The notes under the pieces: generated by a model | Seen by the model: the letters and a program-made list of their open reading frames with translations, nothing else | The model's database searches: none | What the model was told of the DNA's origin: nothing | In this document: piece by piece, positions 23,341 through 35,922 of the stretch | How the letters are laid out: the number at the start of each line of letters is the position of its first letter | How positions within the stretch are numbered: position 1 is the first letter of the stretch | Position numbers and translations under genes: made by a program | From: an uncultured Clostridia bacterium | Lineage (GTDB): Bacteria; Bacillota; Clostridia; TANB77; CAG-508 | Reading direction: 5' to 3' | Assembly (NCBI GenBank): GCA_947629765.1 | Contig: CANREW010000002.1 | Coordinates: 2,737 to 66,736, forward strand | DNA: 64,000 nucleotides

Positions 23341-24198
23341 ATGAAGGGAAGAAATTTGGATTTGGATACTTTAAGTGAAACGAAATTTTTAATGAAGAAA
23401 TATAATATCAAGGCTAATAAAAGTTTAGGACAAAATTTTTTATTAGATGGAGATATTATTTCTAATATTGTAAAAAGTGCTGAAATCGGAAAAGACGATG
23501 CAGTAATTGAAATAGGACCAGGACTTGGAACTCTAACAAATGAGATAGCAAAATTTGCAAAGAAAGTCATTTGTGTAGAGTTAGATAAAAGGATGATTCA
23601 GATTTTGCAAGATAGATTTTATTTATTTGACAGTGTTGAAATAATAAATGAAGATATACTAAAATTAGATTTAAATAAAATTATAGAAAAAGAGAAGGAA
23701 AATATAAAAATTGTTGCAAATCTTCCATACTATATAACTACGCCAATAATAATGAAATTATTAGAAGATAGATTAAATATAGATAGTATAACTGTAATGG
23801 TGCAAAAGGAAGTAGCAGATAGATTATGTGCAAAAACCGGAACGAGAGAAGCAGGGGCTATAACATATAGTATTGAATACTATACAACTCCACAAAAACT
23901 ATTTACAGTTCCAAATACATCTTTTATCCCAATGCCAAATGTAGAATCAGAAGTGATTAACTTAAAAATAAAAAAGGAAAAAAACGAAGAAGTTAAAGAT
24001 GAAGAAAAACTATTTAAGGTTATAAAATATGCATTTATGCAAAGAAGAAAAACCTTACTAAATGCTTTGCAAAATACAGATATAGGAAAAGACAAAGAAC
24101 ATGTAAAAGAAGTGCTAGAAAAACTAAATATAGATGAAAAAATTAGGGGAGAGGCACTTACTTTAAAAGAATTTATAGATATTTCAAATTTAATATAA
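23341..24198 (+). CDS. rsmA: 16S rRNA (adenine1518/1519-N6)-dimethyltransferase
   Basis: 'KSLGQNFL' and 'VIEIGPGLGTLT' SAM motifs. The start could instead be the internal ATG about 16 codons downstream. Confidence 0.92.
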   Translation: MKGRNLDLDTLSETKFLMKKYNIKANKSLGQNFLLDGDIISNIVKSAEIGKDDAVIEIGPGLGTLTNEIAKFAKKVICVELDKRMIQILQDRFYLFDSVEIINEDILKLDLNKIIEKEKENIKIVANLPYYITTPIIMKLLEDRLNIDSITVMVQKEVADRLCAKTGTREAGAITYSIEYYTTPQKLFTVPNTSFIPMPNVESEVINLKIKKEKNEEVKDEEKLFKVIKYAFMQRRKTLLNALQNTDIGKDKEHVKEVLEKLNIDEKIRGEALTLKEFIDISNLI

Positions 24199-24229
24199 TT
24201 ATATAGAAAAAGCAAGTATATTTACTCAT

Positions 24230-24276
24230 AAAAAATGAACCCATTGTTAAACGTTTTTGTCTAACAATTTGGGTTC
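24230..24276. terminator. Hairpin between convergent rsmA and glmS
   Basis: GAACCCATTGTTA..TAACAATTTGGGTTC, with the T-run on the glmS (minus) side. Confidence 0.6.
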
Positions 24277-24308
24277 AGTATATTAAATATAAATGCTCTT
24301 TTTCTATA

Positions 24309-26150
24309 TTATTCCACAGTTACAGACTTAGCCAAATTTCTAGGCTTATCTACATCAAGTCCTTTTTCCTTAGATACATAGTAAGCTAAAAGTTGAAGAG
24401 GTATAATAGAAAGTATAGGAGAAAGGAGAGGATGAACTTTTGGAATATTTATAACATTTGGAAAAACATCCTTATCTACATTTTGATTTGTTACAAGAAG
24501 TGTTTTGGCACCTCTTGTTATAACTTCTTGCAAGTTACTTACAGATTTATCAAGAAGTCTTCTATCTGTGATAATACCAACAACTGTTACATCATCTTCA
24601 ATTAAAGCAATAGGACCATGTTTCAATTCTCCTGACTGATATGCATCAGAGTGGATATAAGATATTTCCTTTAACTTCAAAGAAGCCTCTTTTGCAACAG
24701 CAAAGTCAGTTCCTCTTCCTAAGAAAAATATGTCTTTTTCTTTATAAATCCTTTTTGCAAATTCTTTTATTAAATCTGTATTTTCCAAAGTAATACTTAC
24801 TTTAGAAGGTAACTCTAAAATTTCATTTTTTAAAGCAGAAATTATTTCTTCATTTTCTATTCCTAAAACTTCTGCAAAATAGATTGCAAGAAGTGAAAGT
24901 ACAGTAATTTGACAAGTATATGCTTTAGTTGAGGCAACAGCTATTTCTGGACCTGCATGAGTGTATATAGTATAATCTGCTTCTCTTGTTATAGAACTTC
25001 CGATAACATTAGAGATTGCAATAGTTTTAGAACCAATTTGCTTTGCATTTTTTAAAGCAGCAATGGTATCAGCAGTTTCTCCAGACTGGCTAATGCAAAT
25101 TATCAAAGTGCTTTTATCAATTAGTGGCTTTCTATATCTAAATTCAGATGAAATATCAACCTCTACAGGAATAGATGTAAGCCTTTCTAAGATAGGTTTT
25201 ACAGCAAGGCCTGCGTGCATAGCAGTACCACAAGCTACAATGTATATCCTAGAAACTTTTGACAAATATTCTTTTGGAATAGATATATCATCAAAATTAC
25301 ATTTTGTATCTTTTACTAATCTAGTACCGATTGTTTCTCTGATAGCTGTTGGCTGTTCATATATTTCTTTTAGCATAAAATCTTCATAGCCATTTTTATC
25401 AGCTGATTTTGCATCCCAAGTAATAATTTCAGGTGTTCTTTTAACTACATTTAAATCCATATCATAAAAAGTTACAGATTTCTTTGTTATTTGAACTAAA
25501 TCACCATCATTTAATATATAAATGTTATTTGTATAATCTAAAATGGCAGGGATATCTGATGCTACAAATTTTTGATTATCTTTAATACCTATAACTAATG
25601 GACTATCTTTTCTAGCAACAATTATTTTGTCAGGCTCAAGAGAAGAAATAACCTCAATTGCATAACTTCCTTTTAAATCTGAAACAGTTTTATTTACAGC
25701 TTTAACAAACTTAAGATTATCGTTTTCATCTTCTTTACAATAATAGTAATGTATTAAATTAGGAATAACTTCTGTATCAGTTTGAGATACAAAATGATAT
25801 CCAGCATTAATTAAAAAATCTTTTATTTGACTGTAATTTTCGATAATTCCATTATGTACTACTGCAAAGTTTTTGCTTTCATCAAGATGTGGATGAGCAT
25901 TAATACTAGAAGGTTTTCCATGAGTTGCCCATCTAGTATGAGCTATTCCTATATGACCTTCCAAAGAATTAATCTCAGGCATATTTTGCAATTCCTTTAC
26001 TCTTCCTTTGTGTTTTAAACATTTTATATGTGGCCCTTCAATAGTTGCAATACCGGCTGAGTCATAACCTCTATACTCTAACTTTAAAAGACCATCTATC
26101 AATATTGGACTTGACTTAGTATTTCCAATATAACCTACAATTCCACACAT
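24309..26150 (-). CDS. glmS: Glutamine--fructose-6-phosphate aminotransferase
   Basis: 613-aa ORF with 'MCGIVGY..' and a C-terminal '..LAKSVTVE'. Confidence 0.97.
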   Translation of the reverse strand: MCGIVGYIGNTKSSPILIDGLLKLEYRGYDSAGIATIEGPHIKCLKHKGRVKELQNMPEINSLEGHIGIAHTRWATHGKPSSINAHPHLDESKNFAVVHNGIIENYSQIKDFLINAGYHFVSQTDTEVIPNLIHYYYCKEDENDNLKFVKAVNKTVSDLKGSYAIEVISSLEPDKIIVARKDSPLVIGIKDNQKFVASDIPAILDYTNNIYILNDGDLVQITKKSVTFYDMDLNVVKRTPEIITWDAKSADKNGYEDFMLKEIYEQPTAIRETIGTRLVKDTKCNFDDISIPKEYLSKVSRIYIVACGTAMHAGLAVKPILERLTSIPVEVDISSEFRYRKPLIDKSTLIICISQSGETADTIAALKNAKQIGSKTIAISNVIGSSITREADYTIYTHAGPEIAVASTKAYTCQITVLSLLAIYFAEVLGIENEEIISALKNEILELPSKVSITLENTDLIKEFAKRIYKEKDIFFLGRGTDFAVAKEASLKLKEISYIHSDAYQSGELKHGPIALIEDDVTVVGIITDRRLLDKSVSNLQEVITRGAKTLLVTNQNVDKDVFPNVINIPKVHPLLSPILSIIPLQLLAYYVSKEKGLDVDKPRNLAKSVTVE

Positions 26151-26245
26151 AAGCTCCTCCGTTCTAAGTAATAACTCAAATTTTGTAAATTATTATATAA
26201 TATTATCACAGCTTGGAAAAAGTAGCAAGTCCTTTTGAATTCAAA

Positions 26246-26506
26246 TTAAATAAATAATTTTATGATTGTCAAAAGTATAGCTCCTGGTATGCCCAAAATA
26301 CTTACAAAAATTATTGTGAAAAAGTTTAGTCCTATATGAAAACTAAATAATTGACCAATAAAATTAATTATAAGGATGATTAAAGCTCCAATTAAAGAAT
26401 TAATGAAGAGTTTTATCATAAATTTTAATGGAACGATAAAAACTCTACATAGTACAAATATTATACATAAACCTGAAATATATGTTAAAATATTAATAAG
26501 TTCCAA
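26246..26506 (-). CDS. bofA: Pro-sigmaK processing inhibitor BofA
   Basis: 86-aa polytopic membrane protein with '..ILGIPGAILLTIIKL', next to a yaaL-like gene as in Bacillus synteny. Confidence 0.75.
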   Translation of the reverse strand: MELINILTYISGLCIIFVLCRVFIVPLKFMIKLFINSLIGALIILIINFIGQLFSFHIGLNFFTIIFVSILGIPGAILLTIIKLFI

Positions 26507-26581
26507 ATCTTAATCACCTCGTCCTTACCTTGTACATCTTATGATTAAGAAATGGAATTTATTCTATAAATTATGAAAAGA

Positions 26582-26863
26582 TTATATTACATCCGATAAT
26601 TCTTTTATTTTAAGAATATCGTACATATTTGCAAAAAGTCCAGATTTTTTTGCTTTTTTAATTAGATAATTATATTTAGATTGAATTGCTTTTATTTGAT
26701 ATAAGTAGTAATCAACAAGATCTCCTTCTGCAAATTCATAATTTTTATTAGCATTGACTAATTCTTCGTATGTTTCTACAATACATCTAATGAGTTCAGT
26801 GTTTGGATTTTCTTGTTTTTTTTGAAAATAAGGATTTTCTTTTACATATTTTTCATAAATCAT
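26582..26863 (-). CDS. YaaL-like protein (DUF2508 family)
   Basis: 93-aa ORF with '..SKYNYLIKKAKKSG' resembling the YaaL pattern, placed upstream of bofA. Confidence 0.6.
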   Translation of the reverse strand: MIYEKYVKENPYFQKKQENPNTELIRCIVETYEELVNANKNYEFAEGDLVDYYLYQIKAIQSKYNYLIKKAKKSGLFANMYDILKIKELSDVI

Positions 26864-27032
26864 ATATAGCCCCCAATACTATAATTACTAGAATTTCAAA
26901 AATTTAGTAATATTCTATGCAAAATTAAAGTAGAATATACAGGGTATTGATAAGAAAATATAAACTACACTTAATAATGAAATAAAAAGTTTTAGTAAAT
27001 ATCCAAATTGCTACAAATTTAAAAAAATGCTA

Positions 27033-27061
27033 TTGACAGTAGTCGCTAAATGTGCTAATAT
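27033..27061 (+). promoter_or_regulatory. SigmaA-type promoter for tRNA-Leu
   Basis: TTGACA (27033..27038), a 17-nt spacer and TGcTAATAT (-10 at 27056..27061), ending about 19 nt before the tRNA. Confidence 0.55.
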
Positions 27062-27079
27062 ATATACTGTTCAAGATAT

Positions 27080-27163
27080 GCGGGTGTGGCGGAACTGGCA
27101 GACGCGCTGGTCTTAGGAACCAGTGCCAAAAGCGTGGAGGTTCGAGTCCTCTCACCCGCACCA
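27080..27163 (+). tRNA. tRNA-Leu (anticodon TAG) with encoded CCA
   Basis: Acceptor stem GCGGGTG/CACCCGC, anticodon stem-loop CTGGT-CTTAGGA-ACCAG, a long variable arm and T-loop GGTTCGAGTCC. Length is 84 nt. Confidence 0.93.
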
Positions 27164-27198
27164 TAGACAATTTTCGTCGAACTTTTTGAAAGTCTTGA

Positions 27199-27594
<396 letters not shown>

Positions 27595-27781
27595 ACATAG
27601 GACGGCAAAGCATTTTAGAGATTTAAAAATTATATCGTATTGATTTATTTGTGATATTAAAAATATAATAATTATATATAATTTATAAAATCTCAAAGTG
27701 CCAAATATAGCCAAAACTATGTTATGTGGCACTTTTTTAGTTGCCTTTCTATTCATAAATGGAAGGAGGAAAATTGTAAAA

Positions 27782-29541
<1,760 letters not shown>

Positions 29542-29559
29542 GCAATTTCCTATACAAAA

Positions 29560-29854
29560 AAGTAATCGTATTGTGGGCGAAATTCGTATAAAAAAACGTG
29601 CGAAGGCTTGCTAAAAATTTGTATAAAATTTGCAAAATTTTATACAAATATCGACGCAAAACTGATAAAAATTGTATCAATTTTTATTAGTTTATTTTAT
29701 AAAAAATGAGTGATTTTTTTTATAAAATAATGCATCGATAAAGCCTCGCAGAGCCCCCGAGTTTTGATAGAATGTCAAAACTCATAGGGGGTTAGGAATT
29801 TTGACATAGGTCAAATTCCGTAGCTAACGAAGTAAATGCTAAAGGAGCTTTTCA
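29560..29854 (+). other. Candidate oriT / mob control region
   Basis: Non-coding stretch directly upstream of the MobV gene with three inverted repeats: 29619..29647 (TTGTATAAAATTT-gca-AAATTTTATACAA), 29754..29791 (CCCCCGAGTTTTGA..TCAAAACTCATAGGGGG) and 29795..29819 (GGAATTTTGAC-ata-GGTCAAATTCC). The nick site was not identified. Confidence 0.45.
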
Positions 29855-31249
29855 GTGAGTGAAGAACTCGCCTACTCTATTCATTTAGGAAACGATAAAA
29901 ATAAAACAAATAAAGCAAGAGAAATTGCAAAGAAAAATTCATCAGGTACAACATCATTTTCTAATAATGCTATTCAAAATGCACAATGTTTATCAAAAGT
30001 AAATAAACACAATTTGCGTGATTATGATAATAATAAAGAAATGATAGAAGTAATTTATGGAAGTAATAATCTTTATAAGGATGTTCAAAAATTATATCTT
30101 CAAGAATTTGAACAATCACGAATTGAATATAATGAAAAACAAACTCGTGAAGATAGAAAAATTGAAAACTATTTTAAGCATATATCAGATAGCAAACTTT
30201 GGGACTTGGCTTGTGAATTTGTAATTGAACTTGGAGATATGGATTTTTGGGAAAACAAGACACAAAATTTTCGATGTAAAATGGTACAAGTTTATAAAGA
30301 GCAAGTACGAGATTTAATGAAAATTGTACCTCAATTTAAAGTAGCTAATGCAGTAATACATTTTGACGAAGTATCTCCTCATCTTCATTTAATAGGACTG
30401 CCTATAAGTGATAACAACAAAAGAGGTATGAGAAAACAAGTAGCAAAATCAAAGATATTTACAAAGGAATCTCTATCAAAAATACAAGATGAAATGAGAA
30501 GTTGTTGTATAAAATCGTTCAATAAATTTTACGAAAGAAATTCTAGTTTGAAACAAAAGCAAAAAGGCAGAAATCAAGATATAAATGTAAATGATATGCA
30601 AAATTATAGAGAATTAAAAAGACAACAAGAACAAAACGCTAAAAGACTTGCACAAGCTAATAGTAAATCAGAAAGGCTTGATATAAATGCAGATAAAGTA
30701 AATAGCATACTAGCAGACCTAAAACCTACTAAACTTAATAAAAATAATATGCTTATTTCAAGCGAGAATGTCGCAGAAATAAAAAAACTAACTGAAGAAA
30801 TAAAAGATACAACTGAAACTGTCAGAAGTGTTAATGACTTAAATCTAGCAATAGAAGACTTTGAACATTGTGTATATGATATAGAAAAAGAAAATAGTTC
30901 ATTAAAATATACGTTAGAGCAAAAAGATAAAGAAATAAATTACTTGGAAAGTGAAATAAATGCAAAAGACAAAATTATTAGCAAATTACGAGCTGAAAAA
31001 GAAGTATTAAAAGAGCAACTGCAAAAATTTAAGGGCTTTTGGCACAGTCTTATGAAAAGATTTCAACATAGGTTGGGACTGGACAAAAATGAACATTATA
31101 AGTATGTTGCAGATGACTTATTCGACGCAAGAGTGTTTGACAAGAATGAGCATCAAATTGCAAATGATTTTGGACGAAAGATAAGAACACAAGACGAAAT
31201 TGACTTATCAAAAAGTAGAAAGAAAAATAATAATGATTTAAGATTTTAA
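29855..31249 (+). CDS. mob: MobV-family (Mob/Pre) relaxase
   Basis: 464-aa ORF with GTG start after AAAGGAG, the HxDExxPHxH motif 'HFDEVSPHLHL' and a long coiled-coil C-terminus. Confidence 0.85.
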   Translation: MSEELAYSIHLGNDKNKTNKAREIAKKNSSGTTSFSNNAIQNAQCLSKVNKHNLRDYDNNKEMIEVIYGSNNLYKDVQKLYLQEFEQSRIEYNEKQTREDRKIENYFKHISDSKLWDLACEFVIELGDMDFWENKTQNFRCKMVQVYKEQVRDLMKIVPQFKVANAVIHFDEVSPHLHLIGLPISDNNKRGMRKQVAKSKIFTKESLSKIQDEMRSCCIKSFNKFYERNSSLKQKQKGRNQDINVNDMQNYRELKRQQEQNAKRLAQANSKSERLDINADKVNSILADLKPTKLNKNNMLISSENVAEIKKLTEEIKDTTETVRSVNDLNLAIEDFEHCVYDIEKENSSLKYTLEQKDKEINYLESEINAKDKIISKLRAEKEVLKEQLQKFKGFWHSLMKRFQHRLGLDKNEHYKYVADDLFDARVFDKNEHQIANDFGRKIRTQDEIDLSKSRKKNNNDLRF

Positions 31250-31261
31250 GGAGGAAAAGAT

Positions 31262-31645
31262 ATGAATAATAAATTATCAAAAACAAATGAAGAAAACGGA
31301 ATTGAGTACAATTTAAAAGGAGATTACTATTTCCCAAATCTAACTATTCCAAAACAAGAGAAAATTATTTTAAATAAATATGGTAGAATGAGGCTTAAAT
31401 ACTTAAAAGAATACAAGAAAGCTGAATATACTATAATGCTTATGGACGGAACATTAAATGCACACTTGAAAGAAATACAAGAAATTGCTGAAAAGCAAGT
31501 TAAACAACTTATCTGTGAATTAAAAGCTAAAAGTAACTTGACGGAAGATATGAAAAATACTGATATACTTTATTGGGTAGGCACAATGAACTCTATTAAA
31601 GTACAAGCAGAGGAAGTCGTATGTCGTGAATTAATTTATGTATAA
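31262..31645 (+). CDS. tnpV: TnpV-like transposon protein
   Basis: 127 aa: 'GDYYFPNLTIPKQEKIILNKYGRMRLKYLKEYKK..GTLNAHLKEIQE..WVGTMNSIKVQAEEVVCRELIY' follows the TnpV pattern of Tn4451-type elements as I recall it. Confidence 0.7.
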   Translation: MNNKLSKTNEENGIEYNLKGDYYFPNLTIPKQEKIILNKYGRMRLKYLKEYKKAEYTIMLMDGTLNAHLKEIQEIAEKQVKQLICELKAKSNLTEDMKNTDILYWVGTMNSIKVQAEEVVCRELIYV

Positions 31646-31652
31646 ATACTAT

Positions 31653-31690
31653 AAAAGCAGATTATTGTATTGAAAATAATCTGCTTTTAT
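31653..31690 (+). terminator. Intrinsic terminator after tnpV
   Basis: 14-bp perfect stem AAAAGCAGATTATT / AATAATCTGCTTTT. Confidence 0.8.
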
Positions 31691-31728
31691 AATATAATAA
31701 AAAGTATAATGAAAGGGGAATCTAATAT

Positions 31729-33111
31729 ATGGAGGTTAATAGTAAACAAAATAGCGTATATATAACAACTGATGGAGTAAGAGTTGATGATAATGATAAT
31801 GAAAGTATTATTATTTATAGACCTATTTCTAAATATATAACATTAGAAGATGTAAAAATTATAGATAATGCTGAATTACCAAAATTAAAAACTGAAAATT
31901 TAATTTTGAAAAAAGATGAATATTGCTGTTTTATTGATAATTGCAATACATTTGAAACAACTACAAAAACAGTTGGTTATACTGGAAATAATTCTGGCTT
32001 TTCTTATAGAGTTGGGAAAGGATTAACGGTGAATTCAGGAGGCAGAAATAGTACGCCTATTAGAGAAAATTATACCAATTATTATAGTGGTACTATTTAT
32101 ATAACAAACAAAAGAATAGTATATACATCTTCTGGAAATGACAGCTTTGATAAGCCAATAGAAAAAATTACATCAGTAAATGAATTTCAAGAAGGAATAA
32201 TTATACAGATAGGATCAAAAAAACATATAATTGTATTTGATACTCATGCATTATTTATGCTAGTTTTAGGAATTGTTAGACATAAAGAATTTGGTACAGA
32301 ATTACCAGAGGCATTAACAAATAAAAATGTGCATTTTACTTGTGATCCTTACATATTAGAACTACAAAATAAAAAGAAAAAAAATAATAATGTCGATAGA
32401 AATAAAGTGAAAAAATCTAACAATACATCAGTAAATAAAGTGATTTTAACAATTTTTGCTATATTTTTTGGACTAATCATAATTGGAGCAATAGGAATGT
32501 CTTCAATTAATTCGAATTATGAAAATTATACAGATAAGCAAATTGTTAATTTAGAATCTCATCCTAAAATATTTAGCAATTTTGAAGAAGCCGTATCTTT
32601 TTATAAAACAGTTGATAGAAAGAAAGTAAAGGTATCTAAAAGTCATGTTTATTATGAAGATGATGAAAAACACTTAATTTATATGGAAATAGATACGAAT
32701 AATATAGGCTTAATAGATGATATAAGAATCTACTTGAATACTTCTAGTGAATATACAGGAATAGATTTGAATGATGCAATTAAAATAGCAATAGATTACT
32801 TACCTATTGATACCATAAATACTTATTATGATTTTTACGACTCATTCAAAGATATAAAACAAAATTCAGATACTGCTTTAACAGCATATTACTATCATTG
32901 GAAAATAAACGAAAATGGAATAGATTATGCTAAAAATAATGGAACACATTTATCAAATGAAATCGGATTCAAAATATTTTATAATGAAACTAATAAGACT
33001 TGTAGGATTTATATTGGTAGTACAGCAATTTCTATTGATGAACATGTAAGATACTTAGATAAAAAATGTGAAGATTGGAATATCAATATTAATGATTATA
33101 TTGAAAATTAA
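31729..33111 (+). CDS. Hypothetical membrane protein: N-terminal bacterial PH-like domain, one TM helix, C-terminal extracytoplasmic domain
   Basis: 460-aa ORF. 'GTIYITNKRIVYTSSGNDSFDKPIEKITSV..GIIIQIG' resembles bPH/GRAM-like folds, and the TM helix is VILTIFAIFFGLIIIGAIGM. Confidence 0.5.
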   Translation: MEVNSKQNSVYITTDGVRVDDNDNESIIIYRPISKYITLEDVKIIDNAELPKLKTENLILKKDEYCCFIDNCNTFETTTKTVGYTGNNSGFSYRVGKGLTVNSGGRNSTPIRENYTNYYSGTIYITNKRIVYTSSGNDSFDKPIEKITSVNEFQEGIIIQIGSKKHIIVFDTHALFMLVLGIVRHKEFGTELPEALTNKNVHFTCDPYILELQNKKKKNNNVDRNKVKKSNNTSVNKVILTIFAIFFGLIIIGAIGMSSINSNYENYTDKQIVNLESHPKIFSNFEEAVSFYKTVDRKKVKVSKSHVYYEDDEKHLIYMEIDTNNIGLIDDIRIYLNTSSEYTGIDLNDAIKIAIDYLPIDTINTYYDFYDSFKDIKQNSDTALTAYYYHWKINENGIDYAKNNGTHLSNEIGFKIFYNETNKTCRIYIGSTAISIDEHVRYLDKKCEDWNININDYIEN

Positions 33112-33136
33112 TTTAAAATAAATTAGAGGTTTAGGT

Positions 33137-34306
33137 ATGGGATTCTTAGATTTTTTTAGAAATAAGAAACAAGTAAAACAGGATAAGCAAGGAATTAATA
33201 ATAAAATTGTAAGATTTGCAGGACCATTTGTAGATTCAAGAACAATATCAGCAGATGAAAGACCTTTTTATCAACCAGATGAATATTATACCTTAGAATC
33301 ATATTCAGGAACTCCTATGGCTCAACGAGTAATTACATTTGAAGAAAGAAAGAAAACTACTTTTCCGTCAAAAAATGGGCTATTTATTGGAGAAATAATG
33401 CTGTTGGAATATTGTAATAGTGGAACATATCCAAAACCACAAAATGGATATCCTGGATTTTGGTGGTTTAAGTATGGTATAAGAGATATAGGTCATGCAT
33501 TAGAGTCCCTCGAAAAACGTGGATTTATAAGATGGGGAACAAAACTGGAACTTTTAAACAGCTTAAAAGTAAATGAATTAAAAAGTATAGCTTCTACTTT
33601 AAATTTAAAAAGTAGTCAGAGTAAAGAAAAATTAATAGAAGATATAAAAAATAATGTTACAGAGGAAAAATTACCTAGTACATATTTTTCAAAAAAATAT
33701 GTATTAACAGAACTAGGTAAAAAAGAATTAAAAGAAAATGAATATGTTGTTTATATGCATAAAAATAAATATACAACGAGAGATGATGTGCCAGAGAACT
33801 TGAGTTTTACGGTTTGGGACGTAAATAAAATACTCACCAATAATGATAAATCAAATTGGAGAACGATAGTTGCTGATTTAGAACAGAAACGTATTGGTAT
33901 TAGAGTTGCTGATAAAAAAATAGAGATTAGCGAAAATAAACCAAAGAATGAAATTTTATATACAAAGGAGGAAATTTCATCTTATATTCAATCTATAATT
34001 CCAGAAATTAAAGAAGCAGCAAGAAAAAGAGGAGATGGGCTTAAAGAAGAATTAGAAGGATTAACTTATAAAGGACAAGACAATAAAAAGGCTTTATATT
34101 ATTTTTATATAGCTATGGAGAAAAATTTTGATGCACCTGCTCTATATAAAGAAACAGCTAAAATTTTAAGAAAATATAAATTATATGAAGAAGAATTAAG
34201 AGTTGTAGAGAAAGGATTAAAAAATATGAACATAAATAGTTCAAAAAGAGAACTACTTGAAAGAAGGGAAAAATTAAAAAGCATTATAGCTAAAGATAAA
34301 AATTAA
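33137..34306 (+). CDS. Hypothetical protein with a SAP-like motif
   Basis: 389-aa ORF with RBS AGAGG. 'LKVNELKSIASTLNLKSSQSKEKLIEDI' looks like a SAP DNA-binding motif. Confidence 0.45.
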   Translation: MGFLDFFRNKKQVKQDKQGINNKIVRFAGPFVDSRTISADERPFYQPDEYYTLESYSGTPMAQRVITFEERKKTTFPSKNGLFIGEIMLLEYCNSGTYPKPQNGYPGFWWFKYGIRDIGHALESLEKRGFIRWGTKLELLNSLKVNELKSIASTLNLKSSQSKEKLIEDIKNNVTEEKLPSTYFSKKYVLTELGKKELKENEYVVYMHKNKYTTRDDVPENLSFTVWDVNKILTNNDKSNWRTIVADLEQKRIGIRVADKKIEISENKPKNEILYTKEEISSYIQSIIPEIKEAARKRGDGLKEELEGLTYKGQDNKKALYYFYIAMEKNFDAPALYKETAKILRKYKLYEEELRVVEKGLKNMNINSSKRELLERREKLKSIIAKDKN

Positions 34307-34418
34307 TCGAAACATAAATATAAAATTTAGAATGTTATTTTAACAAACAATTAAGAGTAACATTTTACCAAAAAAAGGTTTCTTTATAATTGATATAATT
34401 TGCAGAGGAGAGAGTATT

Positions 34419-35519
34419 TTGAAGTGTTATAGTGAGTTAGAAGAATATTTTGATACTAATAAAATAGAAAAATTTAAGAAAATGAAAGATATCGAAGGTA
34501 AACATATAAAACATCCAATATTGTATTTGATAGAAAATTCTACTCAAGAGTCAAAATATAATACGCAGAAAGCATTCTTTTTATTAAATGATAAAGATAA
34601 TAATTATTTTGAAAGTAAGAAAAAGAAAATTGAAAACGAAAAAAATTTCAGCAATATTAATGGCTATTTAGGGGAAATGAGATGTTATGGGTGTTTATTA
34701 GATGTATTTACTGATAATATTTTAGTAAACCCAATAAAAACAAAAAAAGACAATCAAACAGCAGATTTTGAAGTTGTTAATAAAAAAAATGAAGAAAAAG
34801 TTTATATCGAAGTAAACACAAAGCAATGTAACGGTAATGAATCTAAAAGATTCAAGAATAGTCGTGATGATATACAAAAAAAAATAAAGGAAAAACAACA
34901 AAATAATAAAAATATTCGCAAGCCTAAAGTGGATATATATTTTTCATGTATAGCTCCATTCGGAGTAGGGAAAAATTGTATTGAAACTAATATCAATGTA
35001 ATACAGAAAATTGCTCAAATAAAGAAGGAAAAAAATCAAATACCAAAAGGAGAAAAAGGCATACTATGGCTAGATTTTCAAAGTGAAGGTATACAAGGAC
35101 TACTAAACCTAAATCAAGTTCAGCCACTATGGTATAATAAAAATTATGGAATGTTTTCAGGTCTTATTTGGTATGCTCTATATGGAAAAAAGAAATTACC
35201 AATATTTAGTTCTACTCAATTTAATGATGCTTATAAAGGATTAAGAAAATCATATAAAATGGAACATGATGGTTTATTCTTTCAAAGAAAGGACATTTCA
35301 GCAGCAATAATTTCAAGCGATAAATATGCACTTTATTTTGAAAATCCATTTTGTAAAGAAAAGATACCAATATGGTTTTTAGAAGGAATTTTAAACATAC
35401 CACAATTTTATTATGAATATTCAATAATGCCATTTCCTGATTATAATGTAAAAAAAGAAATCAAAAATAGATATAAAAGAATAAAAGATTTATCTAAAAT
35501 CACCAATATGAATTTTTAA
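34419..35519 (+). CDS. Hypothetical protein
   Basis: 366-aa ORF with TTG start after GGAGAG. 'TADFEVVNKKNEEKVYIEVNTKQ' is faintly reminiscent of a PD-(D/E)xK core, which is speculative. Confidence 0.4.
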   Translation: MKCYSELEEYFDTNKIEKFKKMKDIEGKHIKHPILYLIENSTQESKYNTQKAFFLLNDKDNNYFESKKKKIENEKNFSNINGYLGEMRCYGCLLDVFTDNILVNPIKTKKDNQTADFEVVNKKNEEKVYIEVNTKQCNGNESKRFKNSRDDIQKKIKEKQQNNKNIRKPKVDIYFSCIAPFGVGKNCIETNINVIQKIAQIKKEKNQIPKGEKGILWLDFQSEGIQGLLNLNQVQPLWYNKNYGMFSGLIWYALYGKKKLPIFSSTQFNDAYKGLRKSYKMEHDGLFFQRKDISAAIISSDKYALYFENPFCKEKIPIWFLEGILNIPQFYYEYSIMPFPDYNVKKEIKNRYKRIKDLSKITNMNF

Positions 35520-35564
35520 TAAATTACACAATTTGTATAGAATTTGAAAAAAGGAGGTAAATGT

Positions 35565-35810
35565 ATGGTACCAATACCTAAAAAATATATTAAAGAAATT
35601 AGGAGTGGGAAATTTCCAAAAGAAACAAAAGAATATTTCGTTAATATGGTAAGCAATAGCGAGAAATTACATATTACTAATTGTAAAAATTGCAATAGTT
35701 CTATTTCTGCATCTCAATATATTGATTTTGATGATGTAGATGAAGCATTTAAATTTTTTAAGATATATGGTAAAGATATATCAAGATGTGAGCATTGTTT
35801 TAAAAAATAA
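35565..35810 (+). CDS. Small CxxC...CxxC zinc-ribbon protein
   Basis: The ATG at 35565 follows AAGGAGG. The 81-aa product carries CKNC...CEHC. Confidence 0.5.
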   Translation: MVPIPKKYIKEIRSGKFPKETKEYFVNMVSNSEKLHITNCKNCNSSISASQYIDFDDVDEAFKFFKIYGKDISRCEHCFKK

Positions 35811-35922
35811 TTAGTGCAATATTACATGTTCTGTTACTAAATAGCTATTATTTTTAAGTAGTAATGATACAATCAAAAAATTAACATTTGACAAATCTAT
35901 TAAAAGTGTGTATAATAAAATA

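Noticed and set aside
23187-23570. 127-aa minus-strand ORF spanning palindrome P3 and the start of rsmA.
   Set aside because: It runs antisense through the rsmA 5' end and through a non-coding palindromic repeat. It has no RBS and no recognisable protein features.
26151-26245. A glmS ribozyme upstream of glmS.
   Set aside because: Only about 95 nt separate glmS from bofA, and the sequence is AT-rich with none of the conserved ribozyme core segments.
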